Assembly: GCF_001194135.2 (NCBI RefSeq)
Contig: NC_068989.1
Coordinates: forward strand, 51,338,430 to 51,371,349
Direction of reading: 5' to 3'
Length of the DNA: 32,920 bases
Source: Octopus bimaculoides
Lineage: Eukaryota
Shown here: positions 1 to 10,837 of the stretch, piece by piece
Layout of the letters: the number at the start of each line of letters is the position of its first letter
How positions within the stretch are numbered: position 1 is the first letter of the stretch
Program-made: the position numbers and the translations under genes
The notes under the pieces: generated by a model
The model's input: the letters and a program-made list of their open reading frames with translations, nothing else
Databases searched by the model: none
What the model was told of the DNA's origin: nothing

Positions 1-243
1 AATATGTTGCCACATTTGTAATATGTCTTTTTTCTGCATTTTTTCGTGCAGCTGAAGATTGCTCTTCATATTGCATTTAAGGTAATGCTCACATTACTTA
101 AATAAATTGAAGTAGCATGAAACGTGCGTACTGCAATCACTTTTGAAATCCGTGTTGCTTATTGTTTGATTTTTAATCACCCATCCTTTTGGGATGTGAT
201 ATTCGGGTGCCTTCGCATAAGTACCATATTCAAGCCTTGAATC
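1..243 (+). mobile_element. Putative Penelope-like element (pLTR) or retrozyme-type remnant carrying a hammerhead ribozyme and abutting (TA)n
   Basis: Contains a complete hammerhead motif (47-135), a further hairpin at about 176-200, and a terminal hairpin ATTCAA-GCC-TTGAAT next to the (TA)n at 244. Hammerheads in pLTRs are established for Penelope-like elements, but no RT or GIY-YIG sequence is visible, so the class assignment is inference. It may extend left of the window. Confidence 0.5.
47..135 (+). ncRNA. Type I hammerhead ribozyme motif with a long stem II
   Basis: Stem I is TGCAG(47-51)/CTGCA(131-135) and the core is CTGAAGA(52-58). Stem II is about 24 bp: TGCT/AGCA, CTTCA/TGAAG, ATTTAA/TTAAAT, GTAATG/CATTAC, loop CTCA. 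GAAA lies at 119-122, stem III is ACG-TG-CGT, and the GUA cleavage triplet is at 128-130. There is a U.U mismatch at the base of stem II. Confidence 0.8.
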
Positions 244-267
244 TATATATATATATATATATATATA
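244..267. repeat. (TA)n microsatellite
   Basis: Direct reading of the sequence. Confidence 0.95.
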
Positions 268-1372
268 ATCTCCGTTATCGGATCACTGGCTCTGCATTAC
301 GCCGTTTTCAATTTTTCATGAATTGCAACGGACTATCCTAGAATAATAGACATACAGGTAATGATTTTTTTAATATTAAACTTACAATATGTTGATAAAA
401 GAAAAATTAAGGTGTGAGATATCAGGCTTCAACTTCTGGAGTTATTCATGCAAGGATATCTTAATCTATTTTGAAAAGCTTATTAAAAGTATAGTGCAAC
501 TGCCCAGTGCTTTCATATTAAGGTTGCATAAATTATTAAAGAAAATGATAATTAGATATATAAAATTTAGCACAATTCCATTTTTTAAAATGCCATTACT
601 AATTCAAGCGCACAGTCAATCAAACTGAAAATATTTATCTCTTAAATGTTTTCTTTGCTCGAAAATTGTGATTATGTTTTCCAAAAATCTTTAAACGTGC
701 CCACATTTTTAAACATGAGTGGAACTGTCTATATGTGTGCCCGTGCGAGTGAATTGGACAACCTTATCTACAATGGAAGTGTTACACCCTCATAGAGCAG
801 AAAGTTTATATTGTGCAATGCAGGTCCTAGTATGGCATGGAATACTACGATTTATAAAATTCGTTTTAGATACTTCTGCAAGAACACATTCCTAACGGTT
901 TTAAAATTTCAGATCATTATGGAAATCTAAACACATTTTCGAAAGTAATATGCTGTTCTCTTTTTCTCTGCTTCTCTCTCACTCTTTGTGTGTCTCTCTT
1001 CTTCCAACCTTTCAGCTTCTGGTTTAAAATTTCGTTAAGATGGAAACTTCACGGCACAGTCAAATAAATATCATCAATTTCGTTCTGTGTACAGTGAAAC
1101 ATATAGTAAATGATTTTGTCGATTTTCACTAAATGTTAACAAATAATACACACACATGTACAACGAGTAATCTATAAGTGGTACTCAGTTGGGCGAAATT
1201 ACACTTTCCATGAATTCTTGTTTCGCGTAAAGCTACACAATCCATGTAATATCGCTGTAGCTTTTTTGCAACAAGCGCTGGACGAGATTTCAGACAATCA
1301 TTGTATAATAACGTTCGAACATTGCAACATCCTTATACTCATGGGCTTGCATCTTAACCTGAATTTACTCAC

Positions 1373-1495
1373 AGTTACAGGATGACGACCGGATCCAGGT
1401 TGTGGTGCCCTGGGACACCTGCCGGACCAGACCACGGAACAAAATGTTCCAGAGCCCTTTTTACCATTTGCTTCATAATTAATATCAACTTCCAT
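1373..1495 (-). other. Candidate short coding exon (unverified)
   Basis: Locally GC-rich open frame MEVDINYEANGKKGSGTFCSVVWSGRCPRAPQPGSGRHPVT ending exactly at a consensus donor ACT|GTGAGT (GT at 1372-1371). I recognise no homologue, and a plus-strand acceptor TTACAG|G at 1380 is equally plausible. Confidence 0.2.
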
Positions 1496-1596
1496 TGTTT
1501 AAATGTGCATTTTTAAGCTTCGGCCAGCTATGTACATACAAGATGTCCATTTCTTTTTCTTATAAAATTATCTTGTAGTCCACTATAATCTCTTAC

Positions 1597-1757
1597 ATGG
1601 TCGGATCGTCTGCGGCTGACAATCCCACTAGGCTTGCTTGGTGAGATGGGTATTCGTTGGACACCCTGCGGGACAAATAATGGGACCTGTCAAAAGGCGG
1701 AGGAACTACAACGTAGTCAACAACCACTCAACAACGTGAGAGGTTGTTCTTGAATGC
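1597..1757 (+). mobile_element. Interspersed-repeat fragment, probably derived from a non-LTR retrotransposon
   Basis: GC-richer block (GGTCGGATCGTCTGCGGCTGAC...GAGAGGTTGTTCTTGAATGC) running into (TACA)n. It resembles an RTE-like untranslated region as I recall it; not verified. Confidence 0.3.
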
Positions 1758-1990
1758 TACATACATACAAACATACATACACACACGAAAATACTATGTT
1801 GTTGATGTTGAAATTTCAATGAAGGAACTTTGGATCTAAGTTAGAAAACAGTTCTTTCTCGATTGGCAAGAAATCTGGAAATTAACTGTATAATGACATA
1901 CATATGTACATACGTACATACATACATACATACATACATACATACATACATACATACATACATGCATGCATACATACATAAATACATGCA
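1758..1990. repeat. Two (TACA)n tracts (1758-1786 and about 1896-1990)
   Basis: Direct reading of the sequence. Confidence 0.9.
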
Positions 1991-2788
1991 TGAATACTTG
2001 ATAAACAAGATACCAGCAAAGTGAAATTTTAAAATATATTTCCCCGAATTAGAATTTTAATACAATTTTATTTCATTTCCCATAGCATTCTGATAAAATT
2101 CCAAAAAAAATAAAGTCAAAGAAAAGAAAACATTTACAATTCAATATATTTCGTACCATAAAATATATTTTCATGAATCTGTGAAGGATTATAATTTTAA
2201 ATTAATACAATAGTTCCAATATGTAATTTAAGATGAAGTATATCTCAAACGAAGAAATCTCCTTATAGTCAAACTTTTCAGCATAGAGAACAGATGAACC
2301 CATTCAAAATTTCATTATTGTTGACTGTAAAAATGTATTGCCTTAGGCGGCCTACGACGTCAGTGACTCTTTTTTAAAAAGAAAATTCTGAGATTTTCTT
2401 ATATTTTCATATTTAATCAAATATTATTTGGGAGCCCAAGAATCAAACATTTTTAGTAGTGAATATGACATCCATACCTAGAGGAGATACTCAAAATATT
2501 TTTCAGAAATAGAAAGAATTAGATATATTTTTGGTAGATTATTAATGACATATCAGTAATGACCATGGAAATTGACAAGATGGTCAATGAGCTCCTTACG
2601 TATTTTGTTTGAAGAATTTCACCCAATTCAGTACATAATTTTCTCAACCATCTTTCCACCACTAGACTTGTATTACTTCCACCAACACCAGGAATACATG
2701 CATCGCAACGGACAAAAATCGCAACAATTTCTTATACAGACATTGGAAAGATATTCAAAAATTGCTTTAATTACAAACTTTTCTATAT

Positions 2789-3076
2789 TATACACACACA
2801 CACACATGTCTACACACACACACGCGCACACACGTGAACACATGCACACACATATAAGCTTTTTTCACATAATCGTCTCAATCCTACGTTACGTTTTGTG
2901 AAACAGTTATCTAAACCTTAAGATTATGTGACTTTCAAAATTAGGATAATAAATATATTTGGTAAAATCGCAGCAGAGAAGGAATATACAGAGAGAGAGA
3001 GAGACACGCACACACAGACACAGACACACAAAGACACACACATGTTCGGTATATACATATAATATATATATATATT
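2789..3076. repeat. Imperfect (CA)n, (GA)n and (TA)n tracts (about 2789-2852 and 2986-3076)
   Basis: Direct reading; these produce the HT/VC-rich spurious ORFs. Confidence 0.85.
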
Positions 3077-3480
3077 GGGAAAATGTGTGAGTAGCATCTT
3101 GTATGTTCATATGTTCATAGTTAATCATAATATATTTAGAGTTTAAAAGATTCGTCAGGAGAGAGCCCCATACCATTTTATTCAAGACGTGAATTAAACA
3201 ATATCTCAGATTAGAGAAAAATGCATGACTAAACATTGAAACGAGAAGACGGTCTTAAATATATAATCTTTCTTCTAACCAGTACTAAAGTAAATTCATT
3301 TGTTCTCCTGCTTGTGAATCGGTAATAACATGTGATCGGCTATGGTTGTAGCATCTGACATGTTTCATTCATTTATGTGCACAGAATAATTAACTAATTC
3401 TATGTATCTAATAGTCTTTTCTTGTTCGTTTCAGCTTACCTAACTCGCCCTCATTATTCCTCTACACTAAACACACAAAT

Positions 3481-3607
3481 CTATGTATTTATGTATATAT
3501 GTATATATGTATGTATGTATGCATGCATATATGTATGTATGTTTGTATGTATGTTTATATGTATATATGGATGTATCTATGTTTCTATCTATCTATCTAT
3601 CTATCTA

Positions 3608-3660
<53 letters not shown>

Positions 3661-3770
3661 CTATCTATCTATTTATCTATCTAGATAAATATATAGATAG
3701 ATAGAGGGATAGATCAGTGAGTGTGTACATTAGAGCGTGAGAGTGCGTGAGAGAGAGGAAGGAAGGAGGG
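3481..3770. repeat. Compound microsatellite (TATG)n-(TATC)n-(TA)n-(TAGA)n-(GA)n
   Basis: Direct reading of the sequence. Confidence 0.95.
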
Positions 3771-4192
3771 AGGCAAATGAAAGCGAGAGATTGATAATAG
3801 AAAAAGCATCCTAATTTCATTTATATCTCTATATCATATATATTTTCTCAGACGAAGTCATTTTAAATGTTTTAGAGATGGCCGAGAGAAAATGTTTTGT
3901 AACCTTCTCTCCCGTATTTTACATCGGAGTTCCAATATTCACGTGGTTAAAATTGGTGTTCATTCACTCGGAAGTGATTAAATATTGTACCGGTTCAGGA
4001 GCAGTGTCGGTGGTATGAAGTATTTAAATCCTCTGTATAATGTTCGCATCATTTTCTTGTTACAGTATTTTTAATGCTGATGTAATTCAAATTATCATAA
4101 TTATTTACAATGTAATTTTCAAAAAGAATCGTAAATTTGCAACGATTTATTGTTTTGCTATAAAACAGGCATTAATATTTCATACGCAGGTT

Positions 4193-4404
4193 AAAGCAAT
4201 GAGCTGGCAGAATAGTTACCACACCGGACAAATTGTTTAGCGGCATTTCGCCGTCATTTCGCTCTAAATTCAGATTTCGCCGAGGCCGATTTTGACTTTC
4301 ATCATTTCGAGGTCGATTAAATAGTTACTTGTGAAATATTGTAGCTAATCTAATACACGAAACCTTTCCCCGAATTTGCTGGCGCTGTGCCAACATTTGA
4401 ATCC
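4193..4404 (+). mobile_element. tRNA-derived SINE, family A, diverged copy
   Basis: Head GAGCTGGCAGAA, body CGCCGAGGCCGATTTTGACTTTCATCATTTCGAGGTCGATTAAATA and tail CCCCGAATTTGCTGGCGCTGTGCC. It aligns by eye to copies at 9352, 21283, 21512, 25627 and 27455. Confidence 0.8.
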
Positions 4405-6765
4405 AGTATATGGACCATGCCATATACAACAATTGAATTGTTGCTAGTGCTTTAATTGAAAATTTGAAATTTCGTGAGAAATAGGTTTTTATTCACATAA
4501 GCATCTGCTATCTATATTGCTCAGAAGTAACCTATACTTGAACAATTTCTAATGAAATTTTTTTTCTTAAAGGAAATACGATTTGATATGTGCAAAATTT
4601 GCGGAATGTGTCTACTGAGGAGAAAGTTTACGAGGAATTTAGAATCAATTTATGGTTCAAAATTGAGGTCACGTCCTAGTTTCGGCCTACGGGCATTTTG
4701 AATTGCGGCACAGAAAGTACACATATGCAAATATTTATTAATATAGGTTGTATACTCGCGTTCCTGACATATGAAGATAAATAGAAATTTAGTTGGGTCG
4801 AAGAGGATAATAATATATTTTGTGAATAGAGAAGTAGGAGTGACAAGGGTTATAAGGCGTATCACTATTGTTTAAGCTGTACTCGGGAGATAATTATTGG
4901 TTCGATATAGGTCAATATATATAAGGAAATAATTGCCAACATCGATGTTAACATAAAGGTGATCTAAAACATCTGTGTTTTCGTGGGAAATGGCAGCAGT
5001 ATAATTCAGTTATGTTCACATTAATATATAATATATCAGTCGGAAAATAATATTCTATCTGCTATAATTAATAACGCCTTAATTGCTAACATTATCCCTT
5101 ATAATCCGCCTGGAAGCTTAAGACGCATATGGATATCTATTTCAGATGAAAGTACAAAACTGCCTCTGAAAGTTACGTCTTGCCCAGTCAGTGTTACTTG
5201 CTATGTGTAACTCATCAAGTTTACTGGTAACGTAAAATGAAGGGCATGCCACAGCTACGACATGCTAATCAGTCCAGGTATCGAGTCCGTGAGCTAACGA
5301 AGGTGGAGCTACAATATCGAAACTCTAAAGCATATGCGTTCATCTTTCTCGGAGTACAATATTCAGAATAGCAATTAGAAACAAAGAGTGTGCAATTTTG
5401 AATCTGCTATAGTCGTACACTAAAAGACCACCTCTGGCAAACATTCTGTGAACAACAACAAAAATCCCACCAGGCAAACACTCTGTGTTCTTGTTTAATT
5501 ACAAGGAAATTTAATGTACTTGAACGAGTACGACGGAGAAATTCTCGGCGAATTTCTACTTTAAGCACGCTATATAACTCTTCACGACTTGTTTTGTATT
5601 TAGAATTTTCAGAAACATTTTGCAAATTTGTATTCTACACAATATTATAAAAAACAAAAAAGAAAAATATATTTTTTCGAAAGTTAGAGTTTTTTTCTTT
5701 TAAACTTGAGAACATTTTTAAAAATTACAGTTTAAAATACGGACAGTCCGAACTTTTCGCTTAAATCTCAGCAATACACCATTACATGTGTTTGTGGGAA
5801 CAAAGATATTGAAAAGCATGAATACGTCAGACTGACAAAGAAAAGTAGGTTATATGGCGGTCATGAGATGAGCTAAAAATGCAGCAGTTTTTCTTTCCTC
5901 TCATAATAGTACGAATCACTGTGTGTAGAACGCAAATGCATAAAAAGTCTTTGAAAAAGTAATGCGGGGTTATATGAGGTGCTTCAAGCAGAATTCCAAA
6001 TTTACTTTTTAAGCATCAAACTTAGAACTAAAACTTCCGCCGGTCGAACGCAATCAACATAACAATGTACAATGCTATAGAACGCCGTCATACTCCCATA
6101 CTCGTATTCCAATTAAATATTACACTCAATCTGGACATAAGAAGTTTATATTTACTGCGGTTGTTTAGCTTCTGCATCACTACTCGGTTAAAACCTTAAT
6201 GGAGATAATTTAAACTTTGAAAATCCTGTTTTATTTTCAAGAATAGCACGTATTCAAATTGGAATAATTTTAAAGTTATTATTGTATAATTTTATGGACA
6301 CTTGATTGTTAATTATACCTGAGAGAACGATAGAGTAGTTAGCCTCTCCTTTTTATTGTATTTTTTGTTTGCCATTAAGGTTATACATACATTTCTAATA
6401 AAATGTTCTGATAGTGTCACAAAAGAAGCAATACGATGAATTGGAGAGGAAATTAATTTACGTAAATAGTTGAATTGATATTTACGAATTGTAAATTAAT
6501 CGGATATTAACCCATTAATGTGGTATCCCCAAAACCATGTTCGGTATTATTCCATATTAAACAGATACTCTAATATTTGAGTCCTTCTGGGAATTCAATC
6601 TTTCAGTTTTACAACAATGTGTTTCCTACTGAGTTACTAATAGAATACAACTTTATGTATTTACCTTACTGACTGGCCGAGCTGAGGAAAGAAAAAAAAC
6701 AGGATAATGAGGCTGAAAGCCCACCAGACGTATCAATAATTTTCAACACGTTTTTTCCATTCATA

Positions 6766-7957
6766 CAGGGGTTGGACAAAATAATGGAAACACTTCACGT
6801 CATAGCATCACAATTCTGAAATATCTACAAAACCGTCAAAAGCTTGTTTTTCTTTTTTTTTTAATTATTAGTGTACATATACATCAATGTGTGTTTAAAT
6901 GTGTAAATGTATTTGTACATATATAGTTCTTGTACTCCCGGTGACATTCAACCAGGATCTTAATATGCATTAAAATGACACATCTATCGGACTTTCAAAG
7001 AGGTCAAATTGTTGGTGCTCCTATGGCAGGCGCTAGCATAACGAAAACAACCGAAATGTTTCGTGTATGAAGAAGTACTATCTCGAAAGTAATGATAGAC
7101 GTTCAGAAAGAGGGAAAACCTCCTCGTCGAAACAAAACTCAACAAAAAAACTAAAACTTGCAGATAGGGACCGTCGGACTCTTCACGAATTGTTAGAAAG
7201 GTTCACAAAAATACAGCCCCCAAAATCACTGTAGAGCTTAATGACCACCTCGAAAACCCAGTATCCACAAAACTGTTCGCCGAGAGCTGTACAAAGCTGG
7301 ATTTCATGAGAGGACTGCAATCACAAAACCACTACTTCCAAAAACAAAGCGTTTAGAGTTGTGTAAAAACTTATAGAATTGGTCCCTGGAACAGTGGAAG
7401 TATTTTGCTTTCTCGGACGAGTTATTCTTTACCATATTTCCGACCACCGACCGAGTATTGGTGTGGAGCCAGTCAAAAGAAATATTTGACCCAGACTGCC
7501 TTTTTCCAGCTGTTAAAGATGGAGGAGGATCTATGGAGAGCTATATCTTAGAAATCCGCCGACCCAATGGTTTCCCTTCATAGCAGAATTAATAGTGAAG
7601 AGTATTTAAGTATTTTATCTGATGGAATTCATCGTATGGTTGCGAAACTCTTTTCGGAGGGAAACGGAATATTTCAAGATGATAGTGCACCAATTCACAC
7701 AGCTAAAGTTGATACTGAATGGAACGAGGAACATTCTAGTAAAGTGAAAGCTCTTCTCTGGCCACTACAGCCCCCAGATCTCAGTATTATTGAACATTTA
7801 TGTTGCATTTTAGAAAATCAATAAGGGTCGATATCCTCCACTATCATCACTACAAGAACTGGTGACTGTTTTAGCTGAAGAATGGTCAAAAATTCCTTTG
7901 GAAACAATTCATATTTGTACGAGTCTATACCTCGTAGATTTGAAGCTGCAATTACTA
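6766..7957 (+). mobile_element. Tc1/mariner DNA transposon with DD36E spacing, 3'-truncated
   Basis: TA target at 6764-6765 followed by the TIR-like end CAGGGGTTGGACAAAATAATGGAAACAC (6766-6793). Transposase homology runs to about 7957. No right TIR was found downstream. Confidence 0.9.
6975..7957 (+). pseudogene. Disrupted Tc1-like transposase (DD36E)
   Basis: MTHLSDFQRGQIVGA...; FSDE (D 7416-7418); VKDGGGS; FQDDSAPIHTAK (D 7681-7683); WPLQPPDLSIIEH (E 7792-7794); LYESIPRR. It has in-frame stops and several frameshifts. Confidence 0.9.
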
Positions 7958-8099
7958 GTCACTATTTACACTATTTATCGTATGTGAGAAGTTCTTTTCT
8001 CCACACTAACTGCCAATAAAATTACTTTTAGCAATTGAAATAGGTCGCAAAATACTTCAAAATTATTTTTAGTTACAACCACTGCTTCTCACTAATATT

Positions 8100-8218
8100 A
8101 ATATGTGTATATATGTATGTATATATTTATTTATTTATATATATATANNNNNNNNNNNNNNNNNNNNNNNNNNNNNNNNNNNNNNATATATGTATATAAA
8201 TATATATATATATATATA
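8100..8218. repeat. (TA)n-type microsatellite containing assembly gap 8148-8185
   Basis: Direct reading; 38 N. Confidence 0.95.
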
Positions 8219-8400
8219 GTGAGAATTTACAGAAATCGAAAGACGAAGACGGGTGTGTAGACAAAAAACAGGTGTATTAGTTTAACGCTGGGGGAGTGAG
8301 AAAGTATTTTACGTTACGAGCCTACCTACGCTCTTTCACAGAAAGGAACACAGAAATAAACAGGGAGAGAAAATAGAAAAATATATAGTGGCTAGCGATA
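8219..8400 (-). mobile_element. Putative Penelope-like terminal fragment with a degenerate hammerhead, abutting (TA)n
   Basis: The minus strand reads CCTTT-CTGTGAAA-GAGC-GTAGGTAG-GCTC-GTAAC-GT-A-AAAT. It is followed by GTCTTCGTCTT (8250-8240), shared with the 14-kb element, and then (TA)n. Confidence 0.45.
8306..8346 (-). ncRNA. Degenerate minimal hammerhead-like motif
   Basis: Stem II GAGC/GCTC is intact and the palindromic ACGT stem III with a GUA triplet is present. The core is altered (CTGTGAA for CTGANGA; GTAA for GAAA), so it is probably inactive. Confidence 0.35.
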
Positions 8401-8401
8401 G

Positions 8402-8448
8402 ACATACATACACACATACATACAAACAAACATACGTGCATACATATA
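8402..8448. repeat. (CATA)n microsatellite
   Basis: Direct reading; it ends in the TA that flanks the maT-like element. Confidence 0.85.
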
Positions 8449-9282
8449 AGGTGCGGTGAATAAAGTGTCGTCTAAATTACGCAATTACTCTGACATCTCA
8501 TTTTAACAGACATATTTACCAAAATTACATAAACATATCTTGAAATGCTAAAGAGTAAATGTCTTCAATAAAATCACCATTAGTTTCAACCACGACTTCG
8601 GTATCCTCTGCAACTCTTCTGGACGCTTTCCTCGTTTAAGATGGTGACTGCTGCCATAATCCTTGACTTAAGTTTATCTTTAGTGTTAGAAGTTTTGTTC
8701 ATCTCCCGCTCGACTGCACACCACACATAAGAAAGACGGTTGCAGTCTAGGGAGTTAGGCGGTAAGATGTTCGGGGTGATGTGGTCGCAGAAATTGTCTG
8801 GCAGTCATGACTGGGTTTTCCTGCTTGTGCGGCATGGTACAGAGTCCTGTTGCCAGCCATAGGGTCTTCTAGCAGCCACTCTCTTGACTCAGAGCAACAC
8901 TACCACCTGCAGGCATTTAACGTAGGCCTCCGTGTTTGAATCTGAGGCCATGTGGGAAAATGAATTGAGGTATAACGTGATGATTACTAGTGACTACTCC
9001 AAACATTATGATATTCACTGGATGTTTGATTTTTATGACTCTCAGTACATGCACTCTCCTCAGATTCACACCTTAACACTCTGAAATGCTCATATTGGGC
9101 CTTCTGGTACGAATGCCAAACAGTAAAACATGTTCAAATTTCTGGCAGAGGGAATTGCGTCATGGTGCAGTTTTTGACCCAGACGTCTCCCAACTGTGTA
9201 ATCGGCAAAATCAAAAACAAACAATGCACATACACGGAATTCCAAATATAAAATGTCGACAATGTACGCACCACTCACTGTG
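8449..9282 (-). mobile_element. Internally deleted DD37D (maT-like) Tc1/mariner element with degenerate TIRs
   Basis: The N-terminal part MTQFPLPEI*...GVNLRRV (ATG 9163-9161) is fused to IKIKHPVNIIMFGVVTS...PYGWQQDSVPCRTSRKTQS*LPDNFCDHITPNILPPNSLDCNRL...VWCAVERE...VVETNGDFIE. There are 37 residues after the WQQD aspartate up to the position of the mutated third D. The end segments match at about 15 of 22 positions as inverted repeats, and TA dinucleotides flank both ends. Confidence 0.85.

Positions 9283-9329
<47 letters not shown>
9283..9329. repeat. (TA)n microsatellite
   Basis: Direct reading of the sequence. Confidence 0.95.
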
Positions 9330-9331
<2 letters not shown>

Positions 9332-9351
9332 ATAACTTCAAGGTAGATGAT

Positions 9352-9450
9352 GAGTCGAATACAACGACCCTAGTTTTCCCCTGGTACTATGTTATCGTAC
9401 CCCGAGTGATGAAAATGAATGAAAGTCGACCTTGGTGGAGTGAGAATCAA
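9352..9450 (-). mobile_element. SINE family A, central fragment, highly diverged
   Basis: The plus strand CTGGTACTATGTTATCGTACCCCGAG...GAAAGTCGACCTTGGTGGAG matches GGTACTTATTTAATCGACCCCGAAAGGCAAAGTCGACCTCGGCGG at about 21405-21450. Confidence 0.65.
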
Positions 9451-10724
9451 TTTTATTAGTATCTATCAAAGAAATTCTATGAAGTTCAGTCATTTCTTCT
9501 TTCCTTCTGCGTTTCATTTTTTGTGAAGAAATGGTGGGTGGCGAGGCATTTGTTTCCCTATTCGTGTCGTGCTGAATTGATTTTACAGACACTTCATTCA
9601 ACTCGATGCCTTAGTTCCATCGCATTGCAACGTAATTTTGTGGCAATTGTAAGTATAGTATTGGATTGGCCTATGAATTGTGAGTGGATTTTCGGGGATA
9701 GAATATTTGTGGATACCCACTAGATAGATTACGTATCTAAATCAAGTAATCAATGCAACACATTCTTTAATACATTTAGTTCTGAGCAATATTCTAAAAC
9801 TTCACGTATTTGAGGAATAATACATCAAATTCACCTTAATTCCATGAGCAATTGGTTTAAGATATCGATCAAGTGAATGCACATCATTGCCACGGAAGGC
9901 AGATCTATCAAAATGGATATGTAATCTTTCAACAAATTAATAAATCTTACTATCAGTAAAAAGGGCTCAGCTCATAATACAGATATACAACGATTTGTGA
10001 TGATTAAATTAATCCCGTATTCCCAGTGAGATATGATATCATAAAGTAACAGCTCATGATGAAATACTAAAAGGAGAAACACAATTCTGGACTTATGTTT
10101 TTCATCATCCTTATACTAACGATTCATTGTTATTCAACAGACGTATCGCTATCTGAATTGTTTAAATATCTGTTAAATAAACAAAAACGATCACAATATT
10201 AATATGCATATTGTATATAGATTTAATTAATATTGAAAATAATTCTAAATTAATTACACTCGATTAATGTAATCAGTAACTGTTATGCATCTATGAGATA
10301 ACGACCACAATAAACAATGAATGCTGCTGGTTCGTTTTTGACTATATATTTCAAAGAAACAATTACATATTACTTGACGTTTTCTATGGGATTAGTTCGC
10401 CTGCCATACCGTTAATGTAATTTATTTTACTACAGTATAACTGATTTGCGAAATATTTATAAAGTCTTCCCATCATTTAAAGTATAAGGTCAGTAACGCT
10501 CTTATGCTTCGGATATGTGGTTCTATGTTGATTTCAACGATAGAAGTACTATTGTTCAATCAATCGAAATATCTCTAGACTGAATTTGGCTGTACGTAGC
10601 TGAGTATGTTACAGACATTGCTAATATTATCTTAATTTACAACCAGGTTCAACGGCAGAGCATGTTATAATGCAATAACTTCGAATTGCAGTGGGTTATA
10701 TATGATGGTCTCCTACTAATTTTC

Positions 10725-10837
10725 TATTTACGCAGTTTCATCCAGAAAATCACTTAACATTTGCGCGTGATGGCACGCAGTGGGACTGAACACGGGCCAT
10801 CTATATTGCGAACCGAGCTTCTTAATGGTTCTACCAT
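10725..10837 (-). mobile_element. tRNA-derived SINE, family B (CORE-like), diverged
   Basis: The minus strand reads AAGAAGCTCGGTTCGCAA...CCCGTGTTCAGTCCCACTGCGTGCCATCACGCGCAAATG. This has a B-box-like GTTCAGTCCC followed by a CORE-like segment, and resembles octopus OR-type SINEs as I recall them. Confidence 0.6.

Noticed and set aside
4655-4715. Minus-strand GCC-CGTA-GGC-CGAAACTAGG resembling the 3' half of a hammerhead
   Set aside because: The upstream core reads TTCAAAA rather than CTGANGA and no stem I forms, so at best it is an unrecognisably decayed copy.
7873-7912. CTGAAGA...GAAAC inside the Tc1 element
   Set aside because: No stem I or II; it is transposase coding sequence (AEEWSKIPLET).
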